Assembly (NCBI GenBank): GCA_004764695.1
Contig: SMSO01000014.1
Coordinates: forward strand, 4,908,845 to 4,972,844
Direction of reading: 5' to 3'
Origin: Schizochytrium sp. TIO01
Taxonomy: Eukaryota > Protista > Bigyra: Labyrinthulomycetes
DNA: 64,000 bases
Part shown: in pieces, positions 38,571-50,667 of the stretch
Numbering within the stretch: position 1 is the stretch's first letter
Layout: the number at the start of each line of letters is the position of its first letter
Notes under the pieces: generated by a model
Database searches by the model: none
Told to the model about the DNA's origin: nothing
Seen by the model: the letters and a program-made list of their open reading frames with translations, nothing else
Translations under genes and position numbers: made by a program

Positions 38571-40283
38571 CGAAGAGGCCGACAAAGCCAAAGATTTGCC
38601 TGACATGGAGTCTGCAGAAGACTTCATGGATGGTAAAGGTGTTTCATGAGGTTTGCTCGGGGGCTTTTGCGGCAAAACCCCCCCGAACATTGCACTGATT
38701 TGGCCTAATATAGACTCAACTTTGGTTTTATCTTCCATTGATTGCTCCACCCTTTGTCTGGATGTCTGGATTATACCTTCAATCTCCTCATGAGTTTCTG
38801 GCGAGCACTTTGTGGGGTCAAGACTGAGCCGACGCGCACGATTTAGATCCTTTCTCACAGTGGCATGCTGTGTTGACATATTTCCTAATAAATTTCCAAG
38901 TCCTGCAATGCTTTGTGAGAAGGTTTCCTCTTTTCCTGGGGGTTTACGGATTTTAAGTAATTCAGAAAAGGTCTCTTGAAAGTCTCTTGTAGCACGTTCC
39001 AATCGACGAAGGTTAATCTCAACCTTTTCAAGATCTCGTAGGTATGTCTGGACTCTGTTAACGTTTGAGCTGAATCTTGCTTGCATGACACGATGGGACT
39101 TTTGTCGCAGCGCTTCTTGTACATGCTTGGTAGATACTCTCACAATTTCTGCAGTAACTCGGATAAAGTCATTGTACTCAATAATATCTTGTCCTTTGAT
39201 AAATGCAAGTGCATCCCTCTCGTCTTCCCTTGAGATGCTGAGATTATTTTGATTTACAATCTTGCTCACACACAATTTCATATCTTCCATGGATATACTA
39301 GTTCGCATATCTCCAGTAAAACTGTCAAATAATTCGCGGGCGTTCACATTATTCTCTGCCAAGCGCGCCTCAAGCTTTCCCAACGCTTTTTCTCGTGCCC
39401 AGTTACCTACCATACTCTCAGCAAACATGCGAGGCTGTGCAAGCTTACGCGCTGCACTTAATGCGGCTTGATTTTCTACTAAAATGTTCCCGAGCACCTC
39501 TTCAAATTGCTCGAATGGAACGCGACCTGATTTGGCTTTATCGAGCTTCTGAAAAATATCCTCAGGTGTAAGATCTAAACGCATTGTTGATGAACGAAAT
39601 ACATGAATGTTTTCTCGAACCATTTCTAAACTAAGACAGTCACCTTCACGGGAGCAACATGCTCTCCATACTTGTAAGAGACGCTCGCCCTGCTCGGATT
39701 CCCAAACCGCTTCTCGCGATGTAAGACGTGCCTTTTCAGCTTGTCTTGCACAGTAGCTGTGTACAACCTGAAGGATTACTTCCTCCATTGGAGCTGAGCT
39801 TTTTGATGCCCTCTTCTCTAAAGAATATCGTGGATTATGACGCATTAGATATGACGCCAAAAACTGTACGGGTGAACATCGGGATTCCTCACCGAGAGAA
39901 GGTTTGGCGAAGCTGACTGAAAGTTCTTCAAGACCTGACGCGAGAATTGGCATAAGAGCTCGCAGAATGTAGAAAGATTGCAATGAATACAGTTCATCAC
40001 CAACCAGATTTGTTGAAGCAGGCTCTGGTAGGTCAGCTGTCAATAGTTCGAGCAGATCCTCGATAATATGGGCTAATGATTCCTCGCGCATCCTCCGGAC
40101 TTGCACCTGGTTTGTTGATCCCATGCGTAGGAAGGGTAATGGCGCTGCACGACGCTGAGCACTGGATAGGTCATTGAGTCGAGCAGGATCTGCAAACCTT
40201 CTCTTACGTCTTTGCACAAACGAATCACAGCTATCATTTACGTGTAAGTTTTCCTCCCGTGGCGGAGGTGGGCGTGGTTCCAT
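38508..40283 (-). CDS. EFCAB5-like protein: RIIa/Dpy-30-type dimerisation-docking domain, EF-hand-like motifs and coiled coil
   Basis: YILRALMPILASGLEEL...PVQFLASYLMRHNPRY is a D/D-domain pattern as in EFCAB5/IQCK. IFQKLDKAKSGRVPFEQF and LFDSFTGDMRTSISMEDM are EF-hand-like. Confidence 0.85.
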   Translation of the reverse strand: MEPRPPPPREENLHVNDSCDSFVQRRKRRFADPARLNDLSSAQRRAAPLPFLRMGSTNQVQVRRMREESLAHIIEDLLELLTADLPEPASTNLVGDELYSLQSFYILRALMPILASGLEELSVSFAKPSLGEESRCSPVQFLASYLMRHNPRYSLEKRASKSSAPMEEVILQVVHSYCARQAEKARLTSREAVWESEQGERLLQVWRACCSREGDCLSLEMVRENIHVFRSSTMRLDLTPEDIFQKLDKAKSGRVPFEQFEEVLGNILVENQAALSAARKLAQPRMFAESMVGNWAREKALGKLEARLAENNVNARELFDSFTGDMRTSISMEDMKLCVSKIVNQNNLSISREDERDALAFIKGQDIIEYNDFIRVTAEIVRVSTKHVQEALRQKSHRVMQARFSSNVNRVQTYLRDLEKVEINLRRLERATRDFQETFSELLKIRKPPGKEETFSQSIAGLGNLLGNMSTQHATVRKDLNRARRLSLDPTKCSPETHEEIEGIIQTSRQRVEQSMEDKTKVESILGQISAMFGGVLPQKPPSKPHETPLPSMKSSADSMSGKSLALSASSKRRIVVSQILSHWRYLLRWI

Positions 40284-41895
40284 TGCCCAGTGAATAAAAC
40301 AAGTAGATACCCTCTTGGAGTGCTTTGACGTTCTTCACCCTACCACCTCCCGGACTCGTCCTTCCGGGAAAATCTAGCTCGTCCTTTTCAATACTGTTTG
40401 TAATTTTTTTTGTCTACTACAGATACTTGCCTGATATCCTAGGTTCTCCACCGCCGAAAGTGAATTCTTTTTGATCTTGCTTTTCCTTCTAGAGCTTTTC
40501 GTTGCTTGCCTCTACGAAGGTTTTGAAGCCAGGGCAGTGCTAGTTTACAATCGACCACAATTCCTATGCCTATCGCTACACCAGGTTGGGGCGTTCAGGA
40601 ATTCACTTGCTCCCATACCAGAGCCCTGTAAGTGCTGACTTGCTTGAGCACCTGGCCCTGCCTTGTGAACTTGTGTCTAAGCCCTCACGGCTCCAGTCCA
40701 AAGAAACCTCGCGTGGCTGACTTTCCACTCAAGTCCGACAAGACATAGAACTAAGAGCACACTCAGTTAACACATAAATCTATGCGGGCACACACCATTC
40801 TTCGAGTCTCACACAATGTAGAATATAGCACCCTGTATATGAGGAAAACACTCCCCAGTGGATGTGTACTATTAATTAGACAACCTTTACTATTGTTATA
40901 ATAACATGTTGTAATACTACACTTTCCTGCATCATCTGCTCCTAGGAAAACATATGCACCACCTTTATACAAATTAAAATTCATCTAAATGCTTCTAGGA
41001 AGTCAAAATGCACTACTTTGCGTCGATGCCTGTTCGCATGTCACGTCTACCATATCCTGGCCAAGGACACTCTTTACTCAATTTCTTATTGATCTTCTTC
41101 CCTTTTCTCAAATTCACTAGCTTCTTTGTCCAATGTTGCAAACTCTTCCACGTGAGCAGGCGTCGTCGGTCAGAGTAAACTCGAAACAGTGCAGCTGGAA
41201 CGGATAAATGAATTTATTTTGCCTATTTGTCCACAGCATATATTCTGTTTTATCTACACAGTTCTGCTTCAGTTCCAACGTGGTTCCAAAAAGCCAAGAA
41301 GGGAAAGAGGAGAAGAAGAAAGAAGAAGCCATATGTAGTAGTAGTAAATAAGAGGAGATAGAGAGACCCAAAAGACAAGACTCCAAAGCACTTTCCGGGG
41401 GCTCATCTTGCAGTAGAGCAGCACCGCGTTGGAGAGCCATAGCCACAGCGCTATATTTGTGGACGGTTCATCACACGTCTCTGGGCTACGCTTCGTTCCT
41501 GGGATTGCGAGAGCTCCACGGCTTCATCAGCCGACCTGTTTCCATTAGCCAGTCTATATCTTCTTACGTTGGCCGTCTTCTTCGTCAGCTTTTGTTTGCG
41601 CTTCAGGAGCGAAAGCCTCACACATCTTGTGCTTGTGAAATTTTACATTCCGCCAGAAACCGTGCTGGTATTCTTTAGAGGCATTCTCAACGATTGTGGA
41701 TAGGGCGAGCCGTTGTCTTGTGGTGAAATCCGGGGGATCCTGCAAAGAAGCAAACGTTCGACTCAATTCTGCGACTCTGCCAAATTACCTTGAGGTGCTC
41801 GACCCCAGTAAAGCACACGCTTTAGCTGACATCAAGAGAGTAGAGTGTACTTGGACTGTTTTAATTGGGGAAGTTTGACGCAGGGTGGATAAACC

Positions 41896-43614
41896 ATGGT
41901 TGAACCTTCGGATTCTACGCGCAGTATCATGCAGGTACGTACTTGACGATTCACAAGAATGGCATATTTTATCTATGAAAAGGAAGATGGTATTGCGATT
42001 TGTAGAGGGTTTTGAGGAATTTTGATTTACTAACTTGAATTGATGCATCATCCTTTATTGAAATTTGACGAATTTCTTAATCTAAATTTTCAGATCACGG
42101 TGAGTGACCCGATGAAGCATAAGGAGGGTATGAATGCCTACGTAACCTACAAAGTGACGACAAAGATAGATCCTGATCGCCGGGACACGAACCATTCGCG
42201 GGTGCACCGCCGTTATAGTGATTTTGTCTGGCTTCAGGAACGCCTCACAGAGGCGTACCCTGGGCTTATTATCCCTCCCCTCCCAGAGAAGCATGTAATG
42301 CGTCGTTTTAATGAAGCATTTCTTTCTCAACGCCAGCGGTCCCTTGAGAAGTTTCTTAACCGTATTGCGAACCACGAAGTTCTTCGTGATGACCGTTATG
42401 TGAAAGCCTTTCTTGAGCTTGAGAGTCTCGAGGGTACAAAGACTTCAGTGGCCAGGCACTCAAGCAAGAGTGAAAAGGGCTCGTTCTGGCAGTGGGCTTC
42501 TGCGGCAACATCGTCTCTCTCCACGAAAATGACTGGCCCGAGTGTACAGCGCCCAAGGACCGATGATGATGCTAAGTTTGACGAACTTAAGGAGTATGTC
42601 AATGCTTTGGAGCCACAGATGAACGCAGTTCACAAACATACGCATGGTCTTGTGGAAAAGAACAAGGAAATGGCACAAGCTCTCTTTGACTTTGGATTAG
42701 CCTTTACTCTTCTGGGACAGGCAGAAGGCGATGCCTTGGGCGACGCAATGCAGCAGCTCGGTCAATGTGCTGACAAACTGAGCCGTGTAACTGCTGTGGA
42801 AGCTGACAAGGAAACTCAATTTTTTGATGAGCCAATCAAGGACTATGTTCGTTTGGTGAAACAGGTGAAGTGCGCTCTTGATTCTCGTACTGCTAAAGCA
42901 CAGGCTTATGAAGCCCTCTTGGGGGAGGTTGAGGCAAAAACACAAGCTAGAGATCGTCTTTCAAGCGCGCAGCAGGGTGCTGACCAACAACAAGCCACAA
43001 AATTGTCGAACGCAGAAGATGATCTCCGCAACGCTCAAGAAGAATGCCGGAGGGCAAAGGAAGAGCATGAAAGTGTCACTCAGCGCTTATTCAAGGAAAT
43101 GGAGCGCTTCAAGCGTGAGAAACTTGTTGACTTTAAGTCTATTGTGCTGGACTATGTTCAACTTCAAATCGAGTATAATCAAAAGGTAGAACAATCTTGG
43201 CGTGATGTTCTTCCCGCCCTGCAGTCTTTGAGTGGCTCCGGGCCAGCGGCTCCTTCCGCTTTCTCTACCTCGCAATCTAATTCATCATCTCAACAGCTTA
43301 ATGGTACCGGCGCGGCAGGAGTAGCATCACCTATGTCCTCGCACTCTGCAGCGCCGGTCCCCCCTGTAGAGAGCGATTTTGGTGGGGCTTCCTCCTACCC
43401 TAATGAAGACTCTCCGAAGCCATTACCTACAGGCACGTCTTCTGGAGGTTCTGCAATGGGGCTGGCTCAGCAGCGAACAGATGACCTTGATGCAAATATC
43501 ACACCATCGGCACCCCCGGCCATGGATACTACCCCAACTCCGATATCTTCAGTTCACGACCACGATGGTGGCGATGTTACCCCCGATGAAGATGACGAGG
43601 AGGCCTTTGTGTAG
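41896..43614 (+). CDS. SNX1: Sorting nexin 1/2 (Vps5-like), PX-BAR; 2 exons
   Basis: Exon 1 is 41896-41934 (MVEPSDSTRSIMQ). The intron is 41935-42093 (GTACGT...ACTAAC...TTTTCAG). Exon 2 is 42094-43614. PX motifs YVTYKV, RRYSDFVWL, PPLPEK and R..LE.FL are followed by a BAR domain ending EMERFKREK..DFK. Confidence 0.92.
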
Positions 43615-44025
43615 ATGTACACCAACTTTAAGTAACAAAACAAAACAAAACAAGAAAATATATTACGCAATTATATTCCACTGGTGCATGCCGTTATCGC
43701 GATTTTTTGGGCTTAAAAGACTCTGCATTTACACTACACTGTTTATGATGTGTACATCTACATCAGAACTAAATGAGTTTTGGAAAGCAAAATTAAAAAA
43801 AACACTCAAATCACTTTCGAAAACCTATTATGATCTTATTCCCGTTTCTGCTCTTAGATTCAAAACACAAGTTAGAAGTCTGGTAGTACAGCTTTTCTAT
43901 ATCACTTTGGCTCAGGCACAAACCTTTACTCACCTTCATTTAATTAAATTAATAGGCCTAAGTATTAATACTAAGCAGTATCTTTTCTTGTTCAAGGAAC
44001 GAGACCGTCGCGGCTAAACCTGAAC

Positions 44026-45276
44026 ATGGCTGAAGAGTTGAATGCGTCTCAGATGAATGTGCAGACATCGCCGGAGAGTGCAGCGCTAAAGAGCAAGTAC
44101 GTTGTTATAGCTTCTCCAACTCTAGAGCGAAGACTGATCTGATGATCAATGTTGTTCGCGTGGCAAAACCAAAACGATCAGTGCGTATTAACTTGACCAA
44201 TGGGAGCGCGGTTTATTTGACACAGGCCAGTTTTATCGAAGGACGAGGCTCGCGAAATCGCTCTAAAAGAGTTTGGATTAAAGATTACAAGTGCCGAGGA
44301 CCTGCGCCCCGTCGACTCGTACGAAGATGTTAACTTTTGGGTCACAGGAGTTCAGGGTAGCGAAGAGTGCGCGCGCGACTTCATATTGAAGATTCACAAT
44401 AGCGCCGACTCTGCTCCTGAAGGCGGCTTTCAGACTCTTCAAGCCCAGGAAAAGGTGCTAGAGGCTGTTACAAGCGCGATTGTTCCGAAACAGTATTGCC
44501 AAGGCAAGCATGTTACTCTCCTAAGTGGACAGACATGTTACATCAGGGTCCTATCCTTTATACCTGGACGCCTTCTTTGTGAGGAGCCCTCACCAAGGTC
44601 ATCAAGTCTCCTAGAGGAATTCGGTCGCTGTCTTGGAGGCATGGATGCAGACCTCCAAACCTTTTCTCATGACGGGACGCGGAGGTACCTCATTTGGGAT
44701 CTGCGCAATGCTCTCCCGACGATTAGGCAGTTTAGAGAGGCGGTGTCCGATAAAGTTCAGGTTTCTTTAATCGACGAAGCTATCAATGTTGTAGAGAGTC
44801 AAGTTATCCCATCTAGTTCCGAGTTTCGTCTCTCAGTCATTCATGGCGATGCAAATGATCATAATGTAATTGTCGATGCCAACAACAAGTCCCAAGCAAT
44901 TGGTTTTATTGACTTTGGAGATCTTGTTGAGTCGTGGCTGGTTGCAGAAGTCGCTATTGCGATTGCATATGTCATGGTAGCTGAGAAATCTGCGGAAAAA
45001 AAAATAGAACAGGCTCGTCATGTCTTAAATGGATATGAGAAATCGTTACCTCTCCAAGATAGTGAACGTAAAGCTTTGTATGGCCTCATCGTTGCGCGTC
45101 TTAGCACTAGTGTATGTATTAGTGCTACAGATAGTGTTAAAAACCCTGAGAATGCAGAGTATACACTTGTACATGCCCAAGGTGGATGGGAAACACTCAA
45201 ATTTCTTTTGCGAGAAATCCGGCCAGAGAATGGTCTAGACTTATTCATGTTTCCCACGCATACAACATTAGAATGA
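44026..45276 (+). CDS. Hydroxylysine kinase-like aminoglycoside phosphotransferase (APH) family kinase; 2 exons
   Basis: Exon 1 is 44026-44096, the intron 44097-44225 (GTACGT...ACAG), exon 2 44226-45276. The spliced protein reads KPVLSKDEAREIALKEFGL...DSYEDVNF...FILKIHN, with WDL, IHGDANDHNVIV and IDFGD, as in HYKK/AGPHD1. Confidence 0.88.
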
Positions 45277-45698
45277 TCAGGCGAGTCTTTGCATTATAAG
45301 AGACGGATTTACTCGGGAGATAGACATTATGTGCCAAAATGTCGCAAAGATAGCGAGCTGTTCTCCAATCCCTGCCATTGCTTTCTGCAAGTGCACTGAA
45401 TCTTGCTTTAAAATTAAAGTAATGCTCTTTTGTTTTTAATTTTTTTCATTCCAATTAAAATAGAGTGTGTGGTGGTTTATAGGCTCCTAAATCTGTACGG
45501 CGACTTATTCGCAGTTTAAAATCTTCCTGATAAACGAGAAGAAAAGGGCAAATGACGCTCTCATGATTATTAAGTTATGTGAAGATTGCCTGTTTCTTCC
45601 TTTCAAATGGAGAAGAATAACAACCTCGTGCACCAGAATGATGACATACAAAAGCGATTAAGGGAAGATTCAGCAGCGTAGCAAAGGCGAACGTCCAA

Positions 45699-47009
45699 CT
45701 ACTGTCGCGAGAAAGACACGGTGTGTGAATTAGCTGCGTAGTGTGCGCGATCGTAACGGGATAGCTGCAGGTCACTTAATGGCAAGTTCTGACGCGTAAA
45801 TCCATCAGCAGCATAAGGTGGAACGAGGACTTCAGGTTCAGGATCAAGGTTTTCGGCTTCTTCAGGGGCAGCAGCATTCGGCTCCGAGCCCTTTTGGGAC
45901 CCACGGCCAAGCCAGTGAAAGAGATCTACGCTCCGTTCAGGGTCAACAAATTTTGCCTTTTCACGGTTTTTGGCGAACATCGGGTCGTTGGACTTGTGTA
46001 CATGTACACCCCAAGTCTTCCACGGGTGTCCACAACAGCCATCGTCGGTTTCGCCAATGAGAATATACTCTTGCACTGAAGATGTCTGTCTGATTGCATC
46101 GGTCCAGTCCTCACCCAGAGGCATCCACGAACAGAGCACAACAGACGGGTTAAATTTTGCGAGGGCAGACTTGTACTCCATGCGCTCGACAGTCTGCAGC
46201 TCCTGCACAGAACCCTTTTGGTGACGAGTGCTCCAGGTGCCTGTATCCGTGGCAATGTATTTGCAAGTCCATGGCCGCTGTGATGATTTGCTGTGGAGAG
46301 TTTTGCTATGAGCACGGTCGAGGAGCCATGTGAGCTGGCCTGTGCCGGCACCGACTTCGAGAATGTTGATCTCTGTCTGCCCAGTGGTGTTATATATCTC
46401 CTCGCAACGGTTTCGGATATGTTTCGAGAGTGCATTGATATAATCTTTTGTGAGAAACTCGTACACGAAATGGCGTTCGCAGTACAGGTTGAACTCATTC
46501 ATGCCGGCCACGCAGCACCCAATGGTCTCCAGAATGGTCTCCAAGTTCCAGTCTGCGCATGCCTTGGGGTCCTTCTCGTAAACCTCAACGAGCCTCTTCT
46601 GCAGAGCATTTTCGCTTTCTTCAGGGTGTCTATTCCAGTGTGTCGTGCCAAAAACTTCATTCATTTCACGCATTGTCGGCACACGCGGCCATGCCTCATA
46701 AAATCTTTGCGAGGCCATTCTCAGCTTTGGGCTCTGTCCAAATCTTTGTTCTAAAAATGCATTACGAACCCAAGACCTGAAACGAATGTTATCTTCGACT
46801 TCGTGCAAGTCTACAGCTCCAGGTTCGCCAGGTTTGAGAACAGGAACGACAATCTCTTCAAGCGCATGGAGGCCTGCACCACGACCAAGTACGGCCTTGT
46901 CGATGAACATATACACCGAAGGCGATACTAGAGAGTCAACAGCAAATTGCGCTCCATGGCTGCGGGGACGGATGCAGTACCGCAGGAGGCTTCGTGCCAC
47001 GCTCTTCAT
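45699..47009 (-). CDS. Uncharacterised class I SAM-dependent methyltransferase-like protein
   Basis: 436-aa ORF with motif I ILEVGAGTGQL, then YIATD, VLCSWMP and EYILIGE; the N-terminus is Arg/Ser-rich. Confidence 0.85.
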   Translation of the reverse strand: MKSVARSLLRYCIRPRSHGAQFAVDSLVSPSVYMFIDKAVLGRGAGLHALEEIVVPVLKPGEPGAVDLHEVEDNIRFRSWVRNAFLEQRFGQSPKLRMASQRFYEAWPRVPTMREMNEVFGTTHWNRHPEESENALQKRLVEVYEKDPKACADWNLETILETIGCCVAGMNEFNLYCERHFVYEFLTKDYINALSKHIRNRCEEIYNTTGQTEINILEVGAGTGQLTWLLDRAHSKTLHSKSSQRPWTCKYIATDTGTWSTRHQKGSVQELQTVERMEYKSALAKFNPSVVLCSWMPLGEDWTDAIRQTSSVQEYILIGETDDGCCGHPWKTWGVHVHKSNDPMFAKNREKAKFVDPERSVDLFHWLGRGSQKGSEPNAAAPEEAENLDPEPEVLVPPYAADGFTRQNLPLSDLQLSRYDRAHYAANSHTVSFSRQ

Positions 47010-49133
47010 GATCCCTTGCGTAGAGCGAGGAAGACGTGGTCGCCAAGGTCCTCCGTTTCGAGATTGCCCTTTCGTTGCAGATTGCCATACTAACCACTTT
47101 AGTTTACATTACATCATCTCCTTTACTACTTCAGTATTATTTATCGACTGCAGTGTAACAGCAGAGGTTCAATAGACTATTCTTTGCCCTACACTATAAG
47201 GTATAGACCCGCAAGTGTAGTTTAATCAAAAAGGAATCCTTTAGATAGTAATTCTTAGTGCGCCTAAGAATTCCAGAATGGCGAGGAGGAACTTTGGCTC
47301 TTCCAGAGACGCGTGGCAAAATAGCGGAGACAAGGTAAGTTATCATGGCATCTGAGGATAAACTAAGCCTCGGCGTTGATGACGAGGGTGCCAAATAACG
47401 CTATTCGATCTTCGATTTATTGCAAAGGGACGCCCGTGGTGCTGGTGCTATGATGATTCTCTAGGTACAAGAAAAGTAAAGTTTTCTTTGTTTTCTTAAA
47501 TTCCAGGAACCATTCTCCGAGGCTCGTGAAGACCCAGTTCTCCGTCCGTGGATGGGAGTATGGAGTCCTGCTCGGTCGAAAATGAGGCCGAGTACATAAG
47601 AGTGCATCCCCGCTGAGAACGAAGTTTTACACGTGAATCAACTTGTCATCTCACAATTGAAACTGCTGTCCAAGTTCAGGAAGGAGCTATTCGCTTTGGT
47701 CCTGCGTGTCTGCAATATCTATATATGCATATGTATGTATATAGAGAGAAGCCTACTGCTCTATTGTGCTCAGAGATTGTAAAATCCTGGTATCTTACAC
47801 ACAAGTCTTGTACTTGGGCTACAAATTGCAAGTCCTCAAGCCCGTTTTATCGTTTCTGGGCCCTTCAAGTTTGCAGAAGGTGATGAACAAAGCTGAGCTT
47901 TGAGTCGTCAGTGAGCCGTGCCTAGTTATCCCTCTTTGGCACCAGAAGAAGAGGGTCGCCAAAGCACATGCAAATGATCGCACAGAGCTCGGTAGAATGG
48001 TGAGAGACCGTACTATTTGTAACACCAAAGACGACACGAACTTCTGTTTGTCCTTCGTCATCGTACCAATAACTCCTTGCACATTTACCATTTCTACATC
48101 ATAAGCGATAAGCAGAAACGCTGCTAGAACGACTCCCAGCCCTGCGAGCCGCATCTGGCAATCTGAAACCCAGCCACCGGCAACTTTTGCAAACTAACGT
48201 TAGCACCGAAGGTAGGGAGGAATCTATCACCTACCTGCATGGCCAAGAGCTTCACAGTACAAACGCTGCATGCCCTGAGTACTTTTCCATACCCAAACCC
48301 ACCTCCCATAACACCAGGCAAACCGAGTCCGGCAGAGCCCTCTTATGTCTCTTAAACTTCGTCAGTGCCAGCGTTTCCATGATCCTCATCGTCAAATTCA
48401 CAGATGTGACCTCCAGGTCTATGTAAGATCCAAAAGATACCCTGTGCACACCCTCTCTACGATCAAGTTCGACTGCACGTGTCTAAAGATATGAAGGCCA
48501 CCAAGTTGGATTTCCACAGATCTAGTTTCGAAGCGACTCTCTCGCCTCACTTATACGCGAGCTCAGTCCTCCCCAGATAATGAATGAAACCGCTAGGACC
48601 TTCCCGACCTGGGTGGAGGCTGTCCGAACCACGAGAAGCTTTTCTCTGGACTGGAGGGGGGTAATTCGCAGCAAGTCTTGATCGAACTACGAACCGCTTC
48701 AAGAATTCTTCAGATTCGGTTCGCGATCTTGGAGTGATTCCTATCTCTGTGCCGTGAGTTTGTTTCATGTATCACAGGGTGGGAAACTGAACATACAAGA
48801 AGCGTTGGCAAACGTGTTACTCTCGGCGAATAATGCAGATTTCGTTCAAGCTGCTTTCAAGAAATGAGCATATGCTGAACGGGGCTGCGATGTTCTCTGA
48901 GCTGCAATGCTGAAGACATTAGGATCTGACTCCATCGATCTTTAGCTTGATTCATCATTTTATTGTTTCATTGGATTTTTTTGTTGTTGTTGAAAGATTG
49001 TGTTCCAAAAAGGTAAAAACAACACGAAAAGACAAACAACTAAACCCAAGTGAGCGAGCGAGACAGCAAACCCAAATTAAGAGCACTCTGCGGACCGAGT
49101 CTGTGACTGCTTCTTCACTTGCTACCTAAGACG

Positions 49134-50434
49134 ATGTTTTCCAGTCTCGCAGGTCGCGTGGGCGTTGTTACCGGCGCCGGCTCCGGCATTGGCCGCGAGG
49201 TGGCTTTGTCTATGGCCAGGGCTGGTGCTAATGTGGCGGTCATTGATATGAACCCTGAAGCGGCGCGAAGCACCTCTGTGGAAATCAACACGCGGATCAA
49301 TGCGGCAGGTCTTGGAGGAACTGCCATTTCACTCCCAGTGGACGTTTCTGACGAGGCCCAAGTTCAGGATGCTATTAAGCAGGCCCAGGAGCGCCTCGAG
49401 GGCAACATGTAAGTCTTAACCACCACCAACATCGCAAGTTCAGGTTTATGTGCTCTAGAGCTTGGAATGCTGCGAGAATTAAACAGATGCTAAAAGGAAC
49501 TTCCTTCTCAAGTATGAGGTGCGCTATATGTTTGCAGCTCGCGTTATTTATAAGAGTGCAGAACCGGGCAAGGTCACAAGAGTCTCCGATTTGCAAATTA
49601 ATCTTGATGAAGTTCTTTGAAGAGCGGATGGTTCCTGAGGGAAAAGCGTAGCAAGCCGGATTTGCTTGCGTATCTTCGCACTTTTCTGCTCAACCACCTG
49701 CGTACAAACCTCTAGGAAGATGCTGTTGAACGAGCTAGCCTTGGGCAAGGAATGATTGTATAACGCATGTACATAAATGAAACTTAGCGGGCTGTTACTT
49801 AATCCTGAGGAACAGAATGGCAAGGAATACAAAGGTGTGTCAGTCAATTTTGAATAGGGAAACTAACTTATTGAGAGCATGCATGATCCTATTCGTTGAA
49901 TAACCTTCTGCTTAATTAATAATTTACAGCACATATGCCGTGAACTGCGCAGGTATTACTGCTGACGCATTCATGCACAAAATGTCTGTGGATCAGTGGG
50001 ACCGTGTATTAGATGTTAACCTTAAGGGTACATTTATTGTGACCAAAGCTGTTGCAGCAGCCATCAAGGCTAATGAGGAGCCTGAAGTTGGCGGTTCTAT
50101 TGTCAACCTCTCGAGCATTATTGGTAAGGTTGGTAACCTTGGCCAGGCAAACTACTCTGCTTCAAAAGCTGGTGTGATTGCGTTCAGTAAGACTTCGGCC
50201 AAGGAACTTGCACGATACAACATTCGCGTCAACGCTGTGCTTCCAGGGTTTATTGATACTCCGATGGCTCAGGCTGTCCCACCCAAGGTATTGAACAAGA
50301 TGATTGAGCAAATCCCCCTTGGTCGTCTGGGAACAACTAAGGAGATCACCAACGTTTGCCTTTTTCTCTGCTCTGATCTGTCTACCTTTGTCACCGGCGC
50401 TGCCATTGAGGCCACTGGAGGACAGTACATGTAA
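49134..50434 (+). CDS. HSD17B8: Short-chain dehydrogenase, 3-oxoacyl-ACP reductase, HSD17B8-like; 2 exons
   Basis: Exon 1 is 49134-49408 (TGAGSGIG). The intron is 49409-49929 (GTAAGT...TTTACAG). Exon 2 is 49930-50434 (VNCAGIT, GSIVNLSSIIGKVGNLGQANYSASKAGV with YxxxK, VLPGFI.TPM, TGG). Confidence 0.88.
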
Positions 50435-50569
50435 AGCAAGTTAGCCATGCCGGCCCGAAAACCTCGTCGAAAAACTACGTTTTAAATCATCAGATTTGAT
50501 TCTTCTTTTACATATCTTATATTGATTCTCCGTTTCCTGCAGTCTGAGTAGAGACGAATTACCCTGCTT

Positions 50570-50667
50570 TCCTTGAAATCTTGAATTGTCAGAATGAGAC
50601 AAGTCTAGATCTTTTGTTACGATCCTTGAAATCCTGGATTGTTAGAATGAGATAAGTCTATGTCTTT
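50570..50667 (+). repeat. Diverged ~53-bp tandem duplication
   Basis: ccttgaaatcttgaattgtcagaatgagacaagtctagatcttt versus ccttgaaatcctggattgttagaatgagataagtctatgtcttt. Confidence 0.85.

Noticed and set aside
42040-42093. ORF-track N-terminus MMHHPLLKFDEFLNLNFQ of the sorting nexin
   Set aside because: Lies in the intron 3' end (polypyrimidine tract plus CAG); a better first exon is at 41896-41934
50570-50667. Possible CRISPR-like repeat
   Set aside because: Only two diverged adjacent copies, no unique spacers, eukaryotic context
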